A stretch of DNA of 64,000 nt from Alphaproteobacteria bacterium. GTDB taxonomy: Bacteria; Pseudomonadota; Alphaproteobacteria; JAAXGF01. The stretch spans positions 1,156 to 65,155 of the forward strand of contig CBDCME010000065.1 in NCBI GenBank assembly GCA_965218865.1, written 5' to 3'. Below are positions 11,239 to 22,383 of this stretch, piece after piece. The notes beneath the pieces are model-generated. The model ran no database searches and had not been told where the DNA came from. It saw nothing but the letters and a program-made list of their open reading frames with translations. How positions within the stretch are numbered: position 1 is the stretch's first letter; the number at the start of each line of letters is the position of its first letter. A program made the translations under genes and the position numbers.

Positions 11239-12406
11239 TACCAACCGCCCTTAACATTGACTTGTGCGAGCCCACGCTCTGAGGCCGATGGACATGATCT
11301 TCCAAGGTTGGTCGGTCAGGTTGTTCCAGGCTTGGCAAGAGGCCTCGACGATGGCTTCATAGGAGTCGAAGACACGATTGGAGAGCCAGTTCTGGCGGAG
11401 GTATTGCCAGACATTTTCGGCGGGATTGAGCTCCGGGGACTTGGGTGGCAAAGGCACGAGGGAGATGTTCTCCGGGATGCCGAGTTTGGCAGTGGTGTGC
11501 CATGCGGCTTGGTCGAGCAGCACGACGGCATGGGCGTTTGGGGCAACGGCCCGGCTGATTTCCTCGAGATGCAGGTCCATGGCTTCAGTATTGGCGCGCG
11601 GCATGACCAGCGCCGCGCCCTCACCGCGCTCGGGGCAGATGGCGCCGAAGAGATACGCCGAAGAGGTCCGTAGGTCCTTGACCTGGCGCGGGCGCGATCC
11701 CTTTGGGGCCCACTGGCGCACCAGGCTGTTCTTCTGGCCGACGCGCATTTCATCTTGAAACCAAACCTCGATGGGCGTGTCCGGTGGCTGTGCCGCTACG
11801 ATTTTCGCCAAGTGTTCGGGAAAACTTTTTTTTAAATTCCTCCTGTGCCCGCGCATACTGGCCGACGTGGCGCGGGCGCGCGGAAATATGCGAGAACCCG
11901 AGCGCGGCCAGCAGCTTGCCGACGCTCCGCTCGTGATAGTCCACGCCGAAGCGCGTTCGGATCAGTTGCTTGAGATCGATGCAGCGCCAGCGCACGACCC
12001 CATCCCGTTCGGGATCGGGACCGGCCTCGATAGCCCGCGAAAGCGCCGCCATTTGCGACGGCGTCAACCGACGCAACGCCCCGTTCGGCTTGCGGTCGAT
12101 CAGACCGGCCGGACCTCCCGCGTTGAACCGGTGAACCCAGTCCCGCAACGTCTGCCGATCCATGCCGCCAATACCCGCCGCGCACGCTCGATCCATCCCA
12201 TCGTAGATGGCCGCCATCGACAAAAGCCGTCGCGCCTGGTTCCCATCATCGCTCCGTGCCGCAAGAACACGGACTCTTTCAGCATCAAAGTCGTTTCGCA
12301 AAGGAATCGTTGGCACTGAACACACTCCCTTGTTGCCAACAACCTTGAATCACACAAAATCTAGCGTGTAAACCTTTGCGCGAGTCAAACTCTGGGGCGG
12401 TTGGTA
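11239..12406 (-). mobile_element. IS630-family element A, copy 1
   Basis: Ends TACCAACCGCC/GGCGGTTGGTA, TAA duplicated; ORFs 11750-12325 and 11251-11856 (WFQDE, LDQAAWH, SPELNP). Confidence 0.93.
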
Positions 12407-12449
12407 TAACTCGACGACATCAGCTTCCACCTTGTCCGAGGCTGCATCG

Positions 12450-13957
12450 TGTCCGTCATCAAAACAAATGGGATTGTTGAGCGTGTTTCATAAGGGAGGA
12501 TCTGGCTCATCTTTGTTTGATGTTAAGCCGCTTGGCGTTGATGGTTCAAGCGGCGGTTTTGGGTGGTCAGTTTTTTGATCTTTTTTTTTCGATGATGGCG
12601 GTGTGGCGTCCAAAGTAGGCGTCGGCTGGAGTTACGTTGCCGATGCTCTCGTGGTAGCGTTGGTTGTTGTAGTGATCGACGAAGGCGCTGATCTGGTTTT
12701 CGAGATCGCCGGGTAGATAATAATTTTCAAGCAGGATCCGGTTCTTCAGCGTTTGATGCCAGCGCTCGATCTTTCCCTGGGTTTGCGGGTGATACGGTGC
12801 GCCCCGAACGTGATCCATACCGTGGTCCTCGAGCCATTCAGCCAGATCGCCGGAGATATAGGACGAGCCGTTGTCGCTGAGCAGCCTCGGCTTGTGGACG
12901 ACATTGGCGCGATTGCAGCCTGAGGCTTCTAGCGCCAACTTCAGTGTTGCCGTCACATCGTCCGCCGTCATGTTGGTGCAGAGCTTCCAAGCAATGATGT
13001 GGCGGGAATAGTCGTCCAGGATGGTCGACAGGTAAAACCAGCCCCAGCCGATGACCTTGAGATAGGTGAAGTCGGTCTGCCACAGCTGGTTCGGCGCCGT
13101 GGTCTTGTCGCGGAACTCATCGGCTGCCTTGATGACCACGAAAGCGGGGCTGGTGATCAGGTCGTGGGCCTTGAGAAGCCGGTAAACCGAGGCTTCCGAG
13201 ACAAAGTAGCCCCTGGTGTCCGTAAACCTGACGGCCAGTTCCCGGGGCGACAGTTGCGTCTCCTCCAGGGCAAGATCGATGATCTACCCCCGGACATCAT
13301 CCGGGATCCGGTTCCACACCCGGCCCGGGCTGCTGTTGCGATCCTCAAGACCGGCGTCGCCAAAGGCCAGAAAGCGATCGTACCAGCGATAAAAGGTGGT
13401 CTTCGGAATGCCCAGCTTGTCCAAAGTGGACCCGACGCCCAGGTGGGACTGCTCGACCAGGCGGATGATCTCCAACTTCTCGGATGCGGGATACCTCATT
13501 CCTCGCCTCCCCCATGCCCGATCATGTTTTTTTTGAGAAGACGGTTCTCCAGCGAAAGTTCGGCGACCAACTCCTTCAAGTCGCGCATCTCCTGGCGCAG
13601 GCCTTTAACCTCGCCGGAGGTCGCTTGGCGCCCGGGGTCGCCGGCGAGCCGCTTTTTGCCCGCTTCCAAAAACTCTTTCGACCAGCTGTAATACAGACCC
13701 TCGGCGATGCCCTCGCGGCGGCACAAGGCGGCGATGCTCTCCTCGCCGCGCAGGCCCGACACCACGATCCGGATCTTCTCCTCAGCCGTATACTGCTTGC
13801 GTGTCTTGCGCCGAATATCCCGAACCGTTCTCTCCGCCGGGTCGTTCTTGCTCATTGATTTCTGTCTCATCTTCGTTCCCTTCGGTCACTACGATGAGCC
13901 AGAAATCCTCCGTTATGCAATTACCTCAATTTGTCCCAAAGGCACTGACGTCAGACA
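12450..13957 (-). mobile_element. IS3-like two-ORF element, inactivated
   Basis: TGTC..TGGGA imperfect IRs; 16-bp TSD GTCCGAGGCTGCATCG; orfA 13496-13870; orfB (WQTDFTY, SDNG, QGKIER) has an in-frame TAG at 13284-13286. Confidence 0.9.
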
Positions 13958-14317
13958 GTCCGAGGCTGCATCGTTAGCCGCCGCCGGCGTCGTCATCAAA
14001 TGGACGGCCACGACGAAGGGTAACAGGAGTGCGCTCCTTTTCAACGTCGTCATCTTCTTGCTCCACTGGCAACGTTGGATGATTGCTTTCAGCTGCTTCA
14101 TTGTCTTCGCCCTTAATTCGTATGTCCTCAACGTCGTGCATGTGAGGATCCCCAGGATATAGGGGGGACCCCAATCCGTCATTCGCCGACATCTACGATA
14201 GAATTTAGGCGTGCACTGGTAGCTGAACAATTTCCGATCTTGGATATTAGATATGCAATTTTTGCAGTGCAGCAAACGCCGCGACGACAGCCTTAGGTCC
14301 ATGTGAATCGTAATACC

Positions 14318-15193
14318 CTCGCCACGAAAATAACCCGCTCGATCGCGCTCATGAGGGCCAGTTCGTTCATTGACGACAGGAGAACTCGACCCATGTGACC
14401 ATTAAGGACCCGAATCGAGTCTGCCTCCATGTGTGTTGCGATTGATCGAGGATCAGATGGAGTCATCCGGGGGATGTTGGTTATCCGCTTATAAGTAGCG
14501 GTGGCGAGGGTAGTTGGCAGTACACAAAATGCTGTGGTTGTTAATCGCTATACTTCTAGCTCTCCCCGCCCCCGACGGTGAAGCAAAGAAACCGAAGTAC
14601 GAGGGTGACGGTGGGAATATCAACGTCCCCGGAGAGCGTCCATTTGACGCAGTCAACATTTTTGGTGACTTTGGCAGAAATTTTAGGTTGTCGAATACAG
14701 AGGAGAATAAAATATGGTGGGAGCGCATGGTTCGCGGGGAGGTCGGAAAAGATCGCTTCCTTATTCTTTGCGCGCTGAAGGATGGGAATTGGAACAACTT
14801 GGGTGACATACGCACTTACCTTGACTATAAAAGCCCGGGAGCTTTTTCGTCGAGAGTACTTCACAGGACGCTTGTCCTCATGGCTGGTAGACCCCGTGTC
14901 AAGCATACGCCACGGCACCCTAAGAGCCAGCAAAGTAAAGTAGGAGAAGGTTGGCTGGAGAAGAACCCCGAAGCCGGTTACGGGGGGATTGACTCAGAGT
15001 GGAGAATAGCGCCGAGCGTATATCCTCTTCTTTATTTCTTGCTGATGAGTTGCCCTGGGGATGACAGGTGTGAATGATGGGCGGGGGTCGGGACGTTGGC
15101 CACGAGGTGTCGAGTCGGGTGGGCGATTAGCCTAGCGTGGGCATATCGATCTCCTCAAGGCTCCATTATCGCCCCATCGCGGATGTCGCCTCT
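14318..15193 (+). repeat. duplicated cassette copy 2
   Basis: Colinear with about 6146-7056. Confidence 0.9.
14514..15077 (+). CDS. signal-peptide winged-helix Cx5C protein, intact
   Basis: MAVHKMLWLLIAILLALP signal; GKDRFLILCALKDG; ends CPGDDRCE. Confidence 0.75.
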   Translation: MAVHKMLWLLIAILLALPAPDGEAKKPKYEGDGGNINVPGERPFDAVNIFGDFGRNFRLSNTEENKIWWERMVRGEVGKDRFLILCALKDGNWNNLGDIRTYLDYKSPGAFSSRVLHRTLVLMAGRPRVKHTPRHPKSQQSKVGEGWLEKNPEAGYGGIDSEWRIAPSVYPLLYFLLMSCPGDDRCE

Positions 15194-15279
15194 TGATGCG
15201 GTGGACGGCTCCTGCCACCGGCATCGAAATGTGGCAAAATGCGGCGACCATCCAGCGCCGTTTTTGGAAGCCTCGAATG

Positions 15280-15823
15280 GTCGCGGTAGGGAGGCGGGTT
15301 GCCCCGCTCCCCCCGCGCAGATCCCGGAGTGCGCTGCTAACGCACCGGGATCCTCCCTCGGGTCGAACGTCAGTTGGTAAGCGGTTTGGAGGCGCTCATC
15401 GCCCGACGCACATTCGCCAATCGGATCGACGCGGCTGTCCGGCTCTGTGTCCGGACCGCGGCCGCCTGACGACTGTTCCCCTTGGGCCAGGCCCTTCCCT
15501 CCACGTCCTCCGCTGGAAGTTGCCTCCCATTGTTCGGTCGTTTCTTCGGTACTATGGCCCGGTCCGACTCCTCACTCGCGTGCATGTTCAGCGTACGGCT
15601 CTCGCCTTCCTGAACCGACCCGAACCGAAGTCCGGGCACGGATGAGGCCTCCCAGGTTCCGTACAAAGGACGTCTCCACGTGCCTGGGGTCTCCGACTGC
15701 GCGAGGTCCATCGCATGCAAGCCATTTGCGCATGGGATGATGTTGTCTTCTGGCCAGCAGAAAGGCCTCGACACCTCGGAAAAGCCAGTTTCGCAGCTCA
15801 ATACCCAGCCCATGGTCTCCCCT
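15280..15823 (-). mobile_element. group II intron remnant (RT ORF deleted, 5' end lost)
   Basis: D5-like CCCGGTGCGTTAGCAGCGCACTCCGGGATCTG followed by GGGGGG and D6 ending CCTACCGCGAC; D2-D4-type sequence and only a short RT N-terminal stub. Confidence 0.85.
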
Positions 15824-17090
15824 TATATGAGGCGGGTTTTGTCAATGTGGTTTTTTATTGGACTGCATCACGGGGGGTGGATGGTGGTGGAGGGCGGTGA
15901 GGATGCGGGTCGATCCAAGGCTGAGCCCCGCGTGCCGAATGCGCGATCGCGCATAACCTTATATCCGGTCGCACCGCTCGGGGTGCGGAACCAAAATCCC
16001 TCGTGCACGGGCGAGGACGCCGGGGCTCCAAGGGGATGGGACCTTTCTGTGAAAGCGGCGTCTTGCAGCCACGGGGAGACACGGTCACACATCCACCTTG
16101 GATTTCTCGGGCTCGTCGCGGTTGCGCCGGCCCTGGTTTTTGGTTTTTTTCCGTCAAACCTTGAGGACGGCGCCGGTGGGGACCAACCCGGTCTCCAGAT
16201 AGCGCCACAGCGCCACCAGGAGCTTGTGCGCCAAGGCAACAATCATGATCCGCTTGAGGCGGCCCTTGGCGCCGCCCACGCGCTCGCGGAACCATTGGCT
16301 GAGCGCGCTGTCGGGTTGGTAGCGCAGCCATAGCCAAGCAAGCTCGATCATCGTCGTGCGCGCCCGCCGGTTGCCAGCCTTGGAGATGCCCTGGTCGCGG
16401 GTCACGGCGCCGCTGTTGTACGGGCTCGACGTCAACCCGACATAACTGCCGAGCTGGCGCCGGTTGCCGTAAGTCCGATAGAACACCTCGCTGGCCAGGA
16501 CGCTGGCGATCTCGGGCCCGATGCTTCTGAGCCGGACCAGAAGCTGCATCTTGTCCCGGCCCTCGGAGACCGTCGTTGGCTCGAACAGCGCGTTGCGCTC
16601 GACCTCGCCGATCATGATTTGCACCAGGGCGAGGCGCTCGAGCTGGCGGCGAATCTCGGCATCGAGCCTGGGCGCCAGCACGCGCCCGTCACCGGTTCGC
16701 AGCTCCGCCAGGCGGGCGACGGCGTCGGCGCGCCGCGGCTGGAAACCGTAGATCCCCTGGCCTGCCAGCAGCGCCTTGATGCGGTTGACGTGACGGGTAC
16801 GCTCCTTGACCAGCTCTTGGCGCTCGCGGTGCAGGCGTTTGAAGTCCTCCTCGGCGAACGACGGCACCCGCACCACCGCGAACACGTGACGCTCGCCGCG
16901 CGCGTACGCCATCAGCCCGCGCAGCATACCCTCGGCGTCGATGCAGTCGCTCTTGGCGCGGCGCGCCCGGCGGTCGACCAGCAGGCTCGACGGGTCAATC
17001 ACGTGGTTGTCGACGTCGTTGGCGACAAGCACCCGGTGCAGCCAGAACGCGTCGTAGCCGGCCTCGTAGCACGAGGCTACGACGCTAACA
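15824..17090 (-). mobile_element. IS110-family element, 5'-truncated
   Basis: CYEAG, RAKSDCID, SIGP, YVGL..SG, ISKAGN, IVALA.KL; long 3' non-coding end. Confidence 0.88.
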
Positions 17091-17206
17091 AAATTCTACA
17101 CCACCTCTTGGGACGCAAACCGCGGGAGTGGAAGGGCAATCTGATCGAACTTCCGCTTGGCATCGCGGACGATTGCAACGATGGATAATTACGCTGAGAA
17201 TCGGCC

Positions 17207-19878
17207 ATGACTCGCCCACACCGCGCCGCGACAGCCACGATGTTCGGGCCACCGCGATGGCGGACGGGAGAGCCATCCGCCGCGGCGGTCATTCTCAAAA
17301 AATTTACCTATTTCCTTCAACCTCATACCAACCGCCCTAGAGTTTGACTCGCGCAAAGGTTTACACGCTAGGTTTTGTGTGATTCAAGGTTGTTGGCAAC
17401 AAGGGAGTGTGTTCAATGCCAACGATTCCTTTGCGAAACGACTTTGATGCTGAAAGAGTCCGTGTTCTTGCGGCACGGAGCGATGATGGGAACCAGGCGC
17501 GACGGCTTTTGTCGATGGCGGCCATCTACGATGGGATGGATCGAGCGTGCGCGGCGGGTATTGGCGGCATGGATCGGCAGACGTTGCGGGACTGGGTTCA
17601 CCGGTTCAACGCGGGAGGTCCGGCCGGTCTGATCGACCGCAAGCCGAACGGGGCGTTGCGTCGGTTGACGCCGTCGCAAATGGCGGCGCTTTCGCGGGCT
17701 ATCGAGGCCGGTCCCGATCCCGAACGGGATGGGGTCGTGCGCTGGCGCTGCATCGATCTCAAGCAACTGATCCGAACGCGCTTCGGCGTGGACTATCACG
17801 AGCGGAGCGTCGGCAAGCTGCTGGCCGCGCTCGGGTTCTCGCATATTTCCGCGCGCCCGCGCCACGTCGGCCAGGATGCGCGGGCACAGGAGGAATTTAA
17901 AAAAATTTTCCCGAACACTTGGCGAAAATCGTAGCGGCACAGCCACCGGACACGCCCATCGAGGTTTGGTTTCAAGATGAAATGCGCGTCGGCCAGAAGA
18001 ACAGCCTGGTGCGCCAGTGGGCCCCAAAGGGATCGCGCCCGCGCCAGGTCAAGGACCTACGGACCTCTTCGGCGTATCTCTTCGGCGCCATCTGCCCCGA
18101 GCGCGGTGAGGGCGCGGCGCTGGTCATGCCGCGCGCCAATACTGAAGCCATGGACCTGCATCTCGAGGAAATCAGCCGGGCCGTTGCCCCAAACGCCCAT
18201 GCCGTCGTGCTGCTCGACCAAGCCGCATGGCACACCACTGCCAAACTCGGCATCCCGGAGAACATCTCCCTCGTGCCTTTGCCACCCAAGTCCCCGGAGC
18301 TCAATCCCGCCGAAAATGTCGGGCAATACCTCCGCCAGAACTGGCTCTCCAATCGTGTCTTCGACTCCTATGAAGCCATCGTCGAGGCCTCTTGCCAAGC
18401 CTGGAACAACCTGACCGACCAACCTTGGAAGATCATGTCCATCGGCCTCAGAGCGTGGGATCGCACAAGTCAATGTTAAGGGCGGTTGGTATCATGTGAG
18501 AAATGCGGCGACTCCGTTAAGCCGCGACGCCAAACCGACGCCGGTTATCGAAATGTCCAAACTCGTTTCGTTCTTTCAGTATTCCGTCGAAACACCCGCT
18601 CGGGACACGCCCGCTAAGGCAAAAGTCGAGGCTCCCGCCGCGCCGACGAAACCTCCCGGCGCGGCGCTGCCCCGGAAGCTGGATGCCGTTCCGCCCCGGA
18701 AGGAATTCGGCAAACGGAGGCCCGTGGATCCCGATCTCGACAAGAAATTAGGCAAAATTCTCGCCAAGAAATCCGGCGAATTGATTGCGAACCGATTTCA
18801 GATGGTTGGGCTGGAAAAGATTTTGGACCGATTGGGGAACGATGATACGGCGGAACAGGTGTATTCGATCGCCGAAAAGATTTTGCAAGCTCACGTCTCG
18901 GAAGAGGACGTGGTCGAACCGCACGAACTCTTGTTCCTCGTTTGTTTCGCCAACCTCGATCGCCAACAAGCGGCGGACGAGGCGAAACAGATCGAAGCCG
19001 ATATCCAGGAGCAGATCCTCGGGGAGGGATTGGATCCGGAAATCTCCGACATCGCGACCGAAACGCGAACAGTGAAGGTCTCGGAGGCGGATATTTCGGG
19101 GTCGGATAATCTCCTGGGTCTGATCGCCGAAAAGATCGCGCGCGAGACCGACCGGGTGAAAAAGGGGTTGAAGCATTGGTCGAGCAAATACATTGCGATT
19201 TGCGAGATCAGGCCATCCCCCGTGGTGACAAAGGCTCAGGATTGCGCCGGGTTCCAGATTGCATACAGTCAACGTACGCGCGCGGACATCGGGCAGCTCG
19301 TGGAGATCGGCGCGGATACGGTCGAGGTCGCGGCCGAGGCGGACTGCATGATGGTTCGGCGGGTATCCGAGCTGGTATTTCAAGGCGACCGAAATAAAGA
19401 CCCGCTCATGATTGTCGATGTCCATTACTCGACCTTGAGCGACAAGTCGTTTCGTGAAAAATTTTTCTCTGCTTGCCGTCCGATCAGTGAGGTTTGCGCA
19501 AACTCATTGATCGTGCGCATCCTGTACTCGCTCGAGAATCCACCGAACCTTCGTTTTTCCGGTTTGGTAAATAAACTAGGTTCCCTCTTCCAATCGAGAA
19601 TCATGCATATCGAAAAACCCCGGATCGGAAGGATTGATTTTCGAGCCTGCCGAATCCCGATCATCAGCATGAATTATCGCGAACTGGAGCCCGCCATGAA
19701 CCAATTCAAACTAGAGATTCAAAAATTTATCGACACCGTCCATTCAAACCGAACCCGGCTGCTCATCGACGACGTTTCGAACCAGAAAGCCGCGAATGAT
19801 CTGTTCGATCTCGGTACGGATTTCGTATCGTTCCGTGGCACCGAAAGTCCGCGGAAAGTAAGCCTAACCCCCGCGTAA
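17207..19878 (+). pseudogene. degenerate GGDEF/EAL-like protein with N-terminus split by IS630
   Basis: Removing the IS and one TCA gives an in-frame join ...YFLQPHVRNAA...; EAL-like end LLIDDV..DLGTDFVS; the downstream part 18553-19878 may still be translated. Confidence 0.6.
17326..18491 (+). mobile_element. IS630-family element A, copy 2
   Basis: Same ends as copy 1, TCA duplicated. Confidence 0.93.
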
Positions 19879-20044
19879 TTTCTTGGACGGCATATGTAGC
19901 ACCTTTGGGGAAACGTCCACCCAAAGTCCGTCGCGATTTCCTCCATTAATCTGCGGCCTTGGATTAGGTCTTTTTTATCGAATGATGCCTATGTTGATGG
20001 CCTGAAGGTTCAACATCATGATTTGCCCTTGAAGACCGAAGCGA

Positions 20045-20386
20045 ATGGAAAACCCACCACCCATCAACCGCCGACTATGGAAACGTTTCAAGATCTTGAC
20101 GTTCGGCCTCATCCAAGACGGCGAGAAACAATTCGACGTATCGGTTGAAGACTTGTCCGCCAGGGGGGCGAAGCTTCGCCTGAATGGCGAACGGCCCGAT
20201 GCCGCGAGTTTCGATATCTGTTTTGACGGAGTTGGAGAATTTCCGGTTCACGTCTGCTGGCGATACGAAAAAACGGTGGGTATCCAATTCGACGACGTTC
20301 CGGAGCAGGTGGATCGCCGATTCGGGGACTACCTGGAATCGACGCTCATGGAGCGGCTCTGTCAGTCGTTAAAGGTCGTTCGCTGA
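20045..20386 (+). CDS. PilZ-domain protein
   Basis: RRLWKR and DLSARGA motifs, GIQF. Confidence 0.88.
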   Translation: MENPPPINRRLWKRFKILTFGLIQDGEKQFDVSVEDLSARGAKLRLNGERPDAASFDICFDGVGEFPVHVCWRYEKTVGIQFDDVPEQVDRRFGDYLESTLMERLCQSLKVVR

Positions 20387-20481
20387 CGCTTGCGAGGATG
20401 GCCCCCTCGGGCCGTGGGGAAACGCGGAGCGGCTTGAATCCGAACCCGCGGTAACAATAATTCGCGAATTTCGAATCGACT

Positions 20482-22383
20482 TTAGGATGACTTCGCGTAA
20501 CCGATTTTGCGCAACGCCTGGGTGATTTCATCCAGGACGCCGGGGTCCTCGATCGTCGCGGGCACGGGGTAATCGACGGCGTCGGCGATCTTGCGCATGG
20601 TGCCCCGTAGGATCTTACCCGAACGCGTCTTGGGCAGGCGCTCTACCACCGCGGCGGTCTTGAAGGAAGCCACGGGGCCAATGCAGTCGCGCACCAACTG
20701 GATCGCTTCGGCGACGATGTCGCCGTTGGCGCGTTGCACGCCCGCCTTGAGCACCAAAAAGCCGAGCGGCACCTGTCCCTTGAGCGAATCGGCGACGCCT
20801 ATGACCGCGCACTCGGCGACGTCCGGATGCGCCGCCAACACCTCCTCCATGCCACCCGTGGATAAGCGGTGACCGGCAACATTGAGGATGTCATCGGTGC
20901 GGCTCATGATCCAAAGGTAACCGTCCGGGTCCTTTGATCCGGCGTCGCCGGTCTGATAGGCCCCCGGGAATTCCCTTAAATAGGATCGCTCGTACCGTTC
21001 GTCATTCCGCCATAACGTGGGGAGGCAGCCCGGCGGCAACGGCAGGTCGACGACTATATTGCCGATTTCTCCGTGCGGCAGGTCGCGCCCTTCGTCGTCC
21101 ACAACCCGTATACTATAACCGGGAACAACCTTTCCGGGTGACCCAAGCTTGACCGGGAACTTGCCCAGCCCAAGGCAATTCGTGGCCATCGGCCAACCGG
21201 TCTCGGTTTGCCACCAATTGTCGATGATCGGAACTCCCAGAGCGGTTTGCGCCCATTCCAACGTACTGGGATCGCAACGCTCGCCGCCCAAGAAAAGGGT
21301 GCGAAAACACGACATATCGTGCCCCGCGATATATGCTGCCTCCGGATCGTCCCGCCTTATGGCGCGAAACGCCGTTGGCGCGGTGTAAAGGACGACAACA
21401 CGGTGCCGCGCGATAACGCGCCAGAAAGCTCCCGGGTCGGGGGTTCCGACCGGCTTACCCTCGAACAGCACGGTACCGCAGCCATGCAAGAGGGGGCCGT
21501 AGACAATGTAGGAATGGCCCACCACCCAGCCGACATCCGAAGCGGCCCAAAAAACCTCGCCCGGCTTCATATTGTAGACGTTCGGCATGCTCCATTTCAG
21601 CGCCACCATATGACCGCCGTTGTCTCGAACGATACCCTTGGGCGCGCCGGTCGTACCCGACGTATAGAGTATGTAGAGCGGATCGGTCGCGGCGACGGGC
21701 ACGCATTCGGCCGGCCGCGCCGCGGCCAAGGCTTCCGCCCAGTCGACGTCGCGGCCCGGCGTGAGCTCCACCGGCCCGATTTCGCGTTGGACAATGATGC
21801 AGTGCTTCGGTTGGTGCCGGGCAATGGCCAGGGCGTTATCCAGAAGCGGCTTGTAGTCGATAAGGCGTTTGACCTCGATGCCGCAGGAAGCCGAGAGAAT
21901 AACCTTGGGCTCGGCGTCGTCGATGCGGTTCGCGAGTTCGTTGGCCGCGAAGCCGCCGAAAACGACGGTGTGCACGGCACCCAGCCGGGCGCACGCCAAC
22001 ATCGCGATGACGGCCTCTGGAATCATCGGCATGTAGATCAGCACGCGGTCGCCCTTGACCACCCCATGATTGGCCAACATACCGGCGGCAAGTGCGACCA
22101 AGTCGCGAAGGTGAAGATAGGTGAAGGTCTTGATCGTATCGGTCACCGGGCTGTCGTAGATCAGGGCCGTCTGGTACCCGCGGCCATCCTCGACGTGACG
22201 ATCAAGCGCGTTGTAACAGGTGTTTACCTCGCCGCCGGAAAACCAGGTGTAGAGTGGCGCCCGCGTTGAATCGAGCACTTTTTCCCAGCGCTTGTACCAG
22301 ACGATGTCCTCGGCGGCCTTCGCCCAAAACGCCCGCGGGTCGGCGAGCGAGCGCGCGAATACCGCCTCGTAATCCCGGGCCAT
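20482..22383 (-). CDS. prpE: propionyl-CoA synthetase
   Basis: YTSGTTGAPKG, ASDVGWVVGHSYIVYGPL, NWWQTETG, PKTRSGKILR. Confidence 0.9.
   Translation of the reverse strand: MARDYEAVFARSLADPRAFWAKAAEDIVWYKRWEKVLDSTRAPLYTWFSGGEVNTCYNALDRHVEDGRGYQTALIYDSPVTDTIKTFTYLHLRDLVALAAGMLANHGVVKGDRVLIYMPMIPEAVIAMLACARLGAVHTVVFGGFAANELANRIDDAEPKVILSASCGIEVKRLIDYKPLLDNALAIARHQPKHCIIVQREIGPVELTPGRDVDWAEALAAARPAECVPVAATDPLYILYTSGTTGAPKGIVRDNGGHMVALKWSMPNVYNMKPGEVFWAASDVGWVVGHSYIVYGPLLHGCGTVLFEGKPVGTPDPGAFWRVIARHRVVVLYTAPTAFRAIRRDDPEAAYIAGHDMSCFRTLFLGGERCDPSTLEWAQTALGVPIIDNWWQTETGWPMATNCLGLGKFPVKLGSPGKVVPGYSIRVVDDEGRDLPHGEIGNIVVDLPLPPGCLPTLWRNDERYERSYLREFPGAYQTGDAGSKDPDGYLWIMSRTDDILNVAGHRLSTGGMEEVLAAHPDVAECAVIGVADSLKGQVPLGFLVLKAGVQRANGDIVAEAIQLVRDCIGPVASFKTAAVVERLPKTRSGKILRGTMRKIADAVDYPVPATIEDPGVLDEITQALRKIGYAKSS

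Larger units (their letters stand above)
11062..14053 (-). pseudogene. small secreted-protein gene split by two IS insertions
   Basis: Removing the IS3-like element and IS630 joins MTTLKRSALLLPFVVAVHLMTTPAAANDAASD-KVEADVVEL-VVVEE in frame. Confidence 0.6.

Noticed and set aside
15280-17090. Retron or DGR-type system
   Set aside because: No RT catalytic domain (YADD) and no template/variable repeat pair; it is an intron remnant plus IS110
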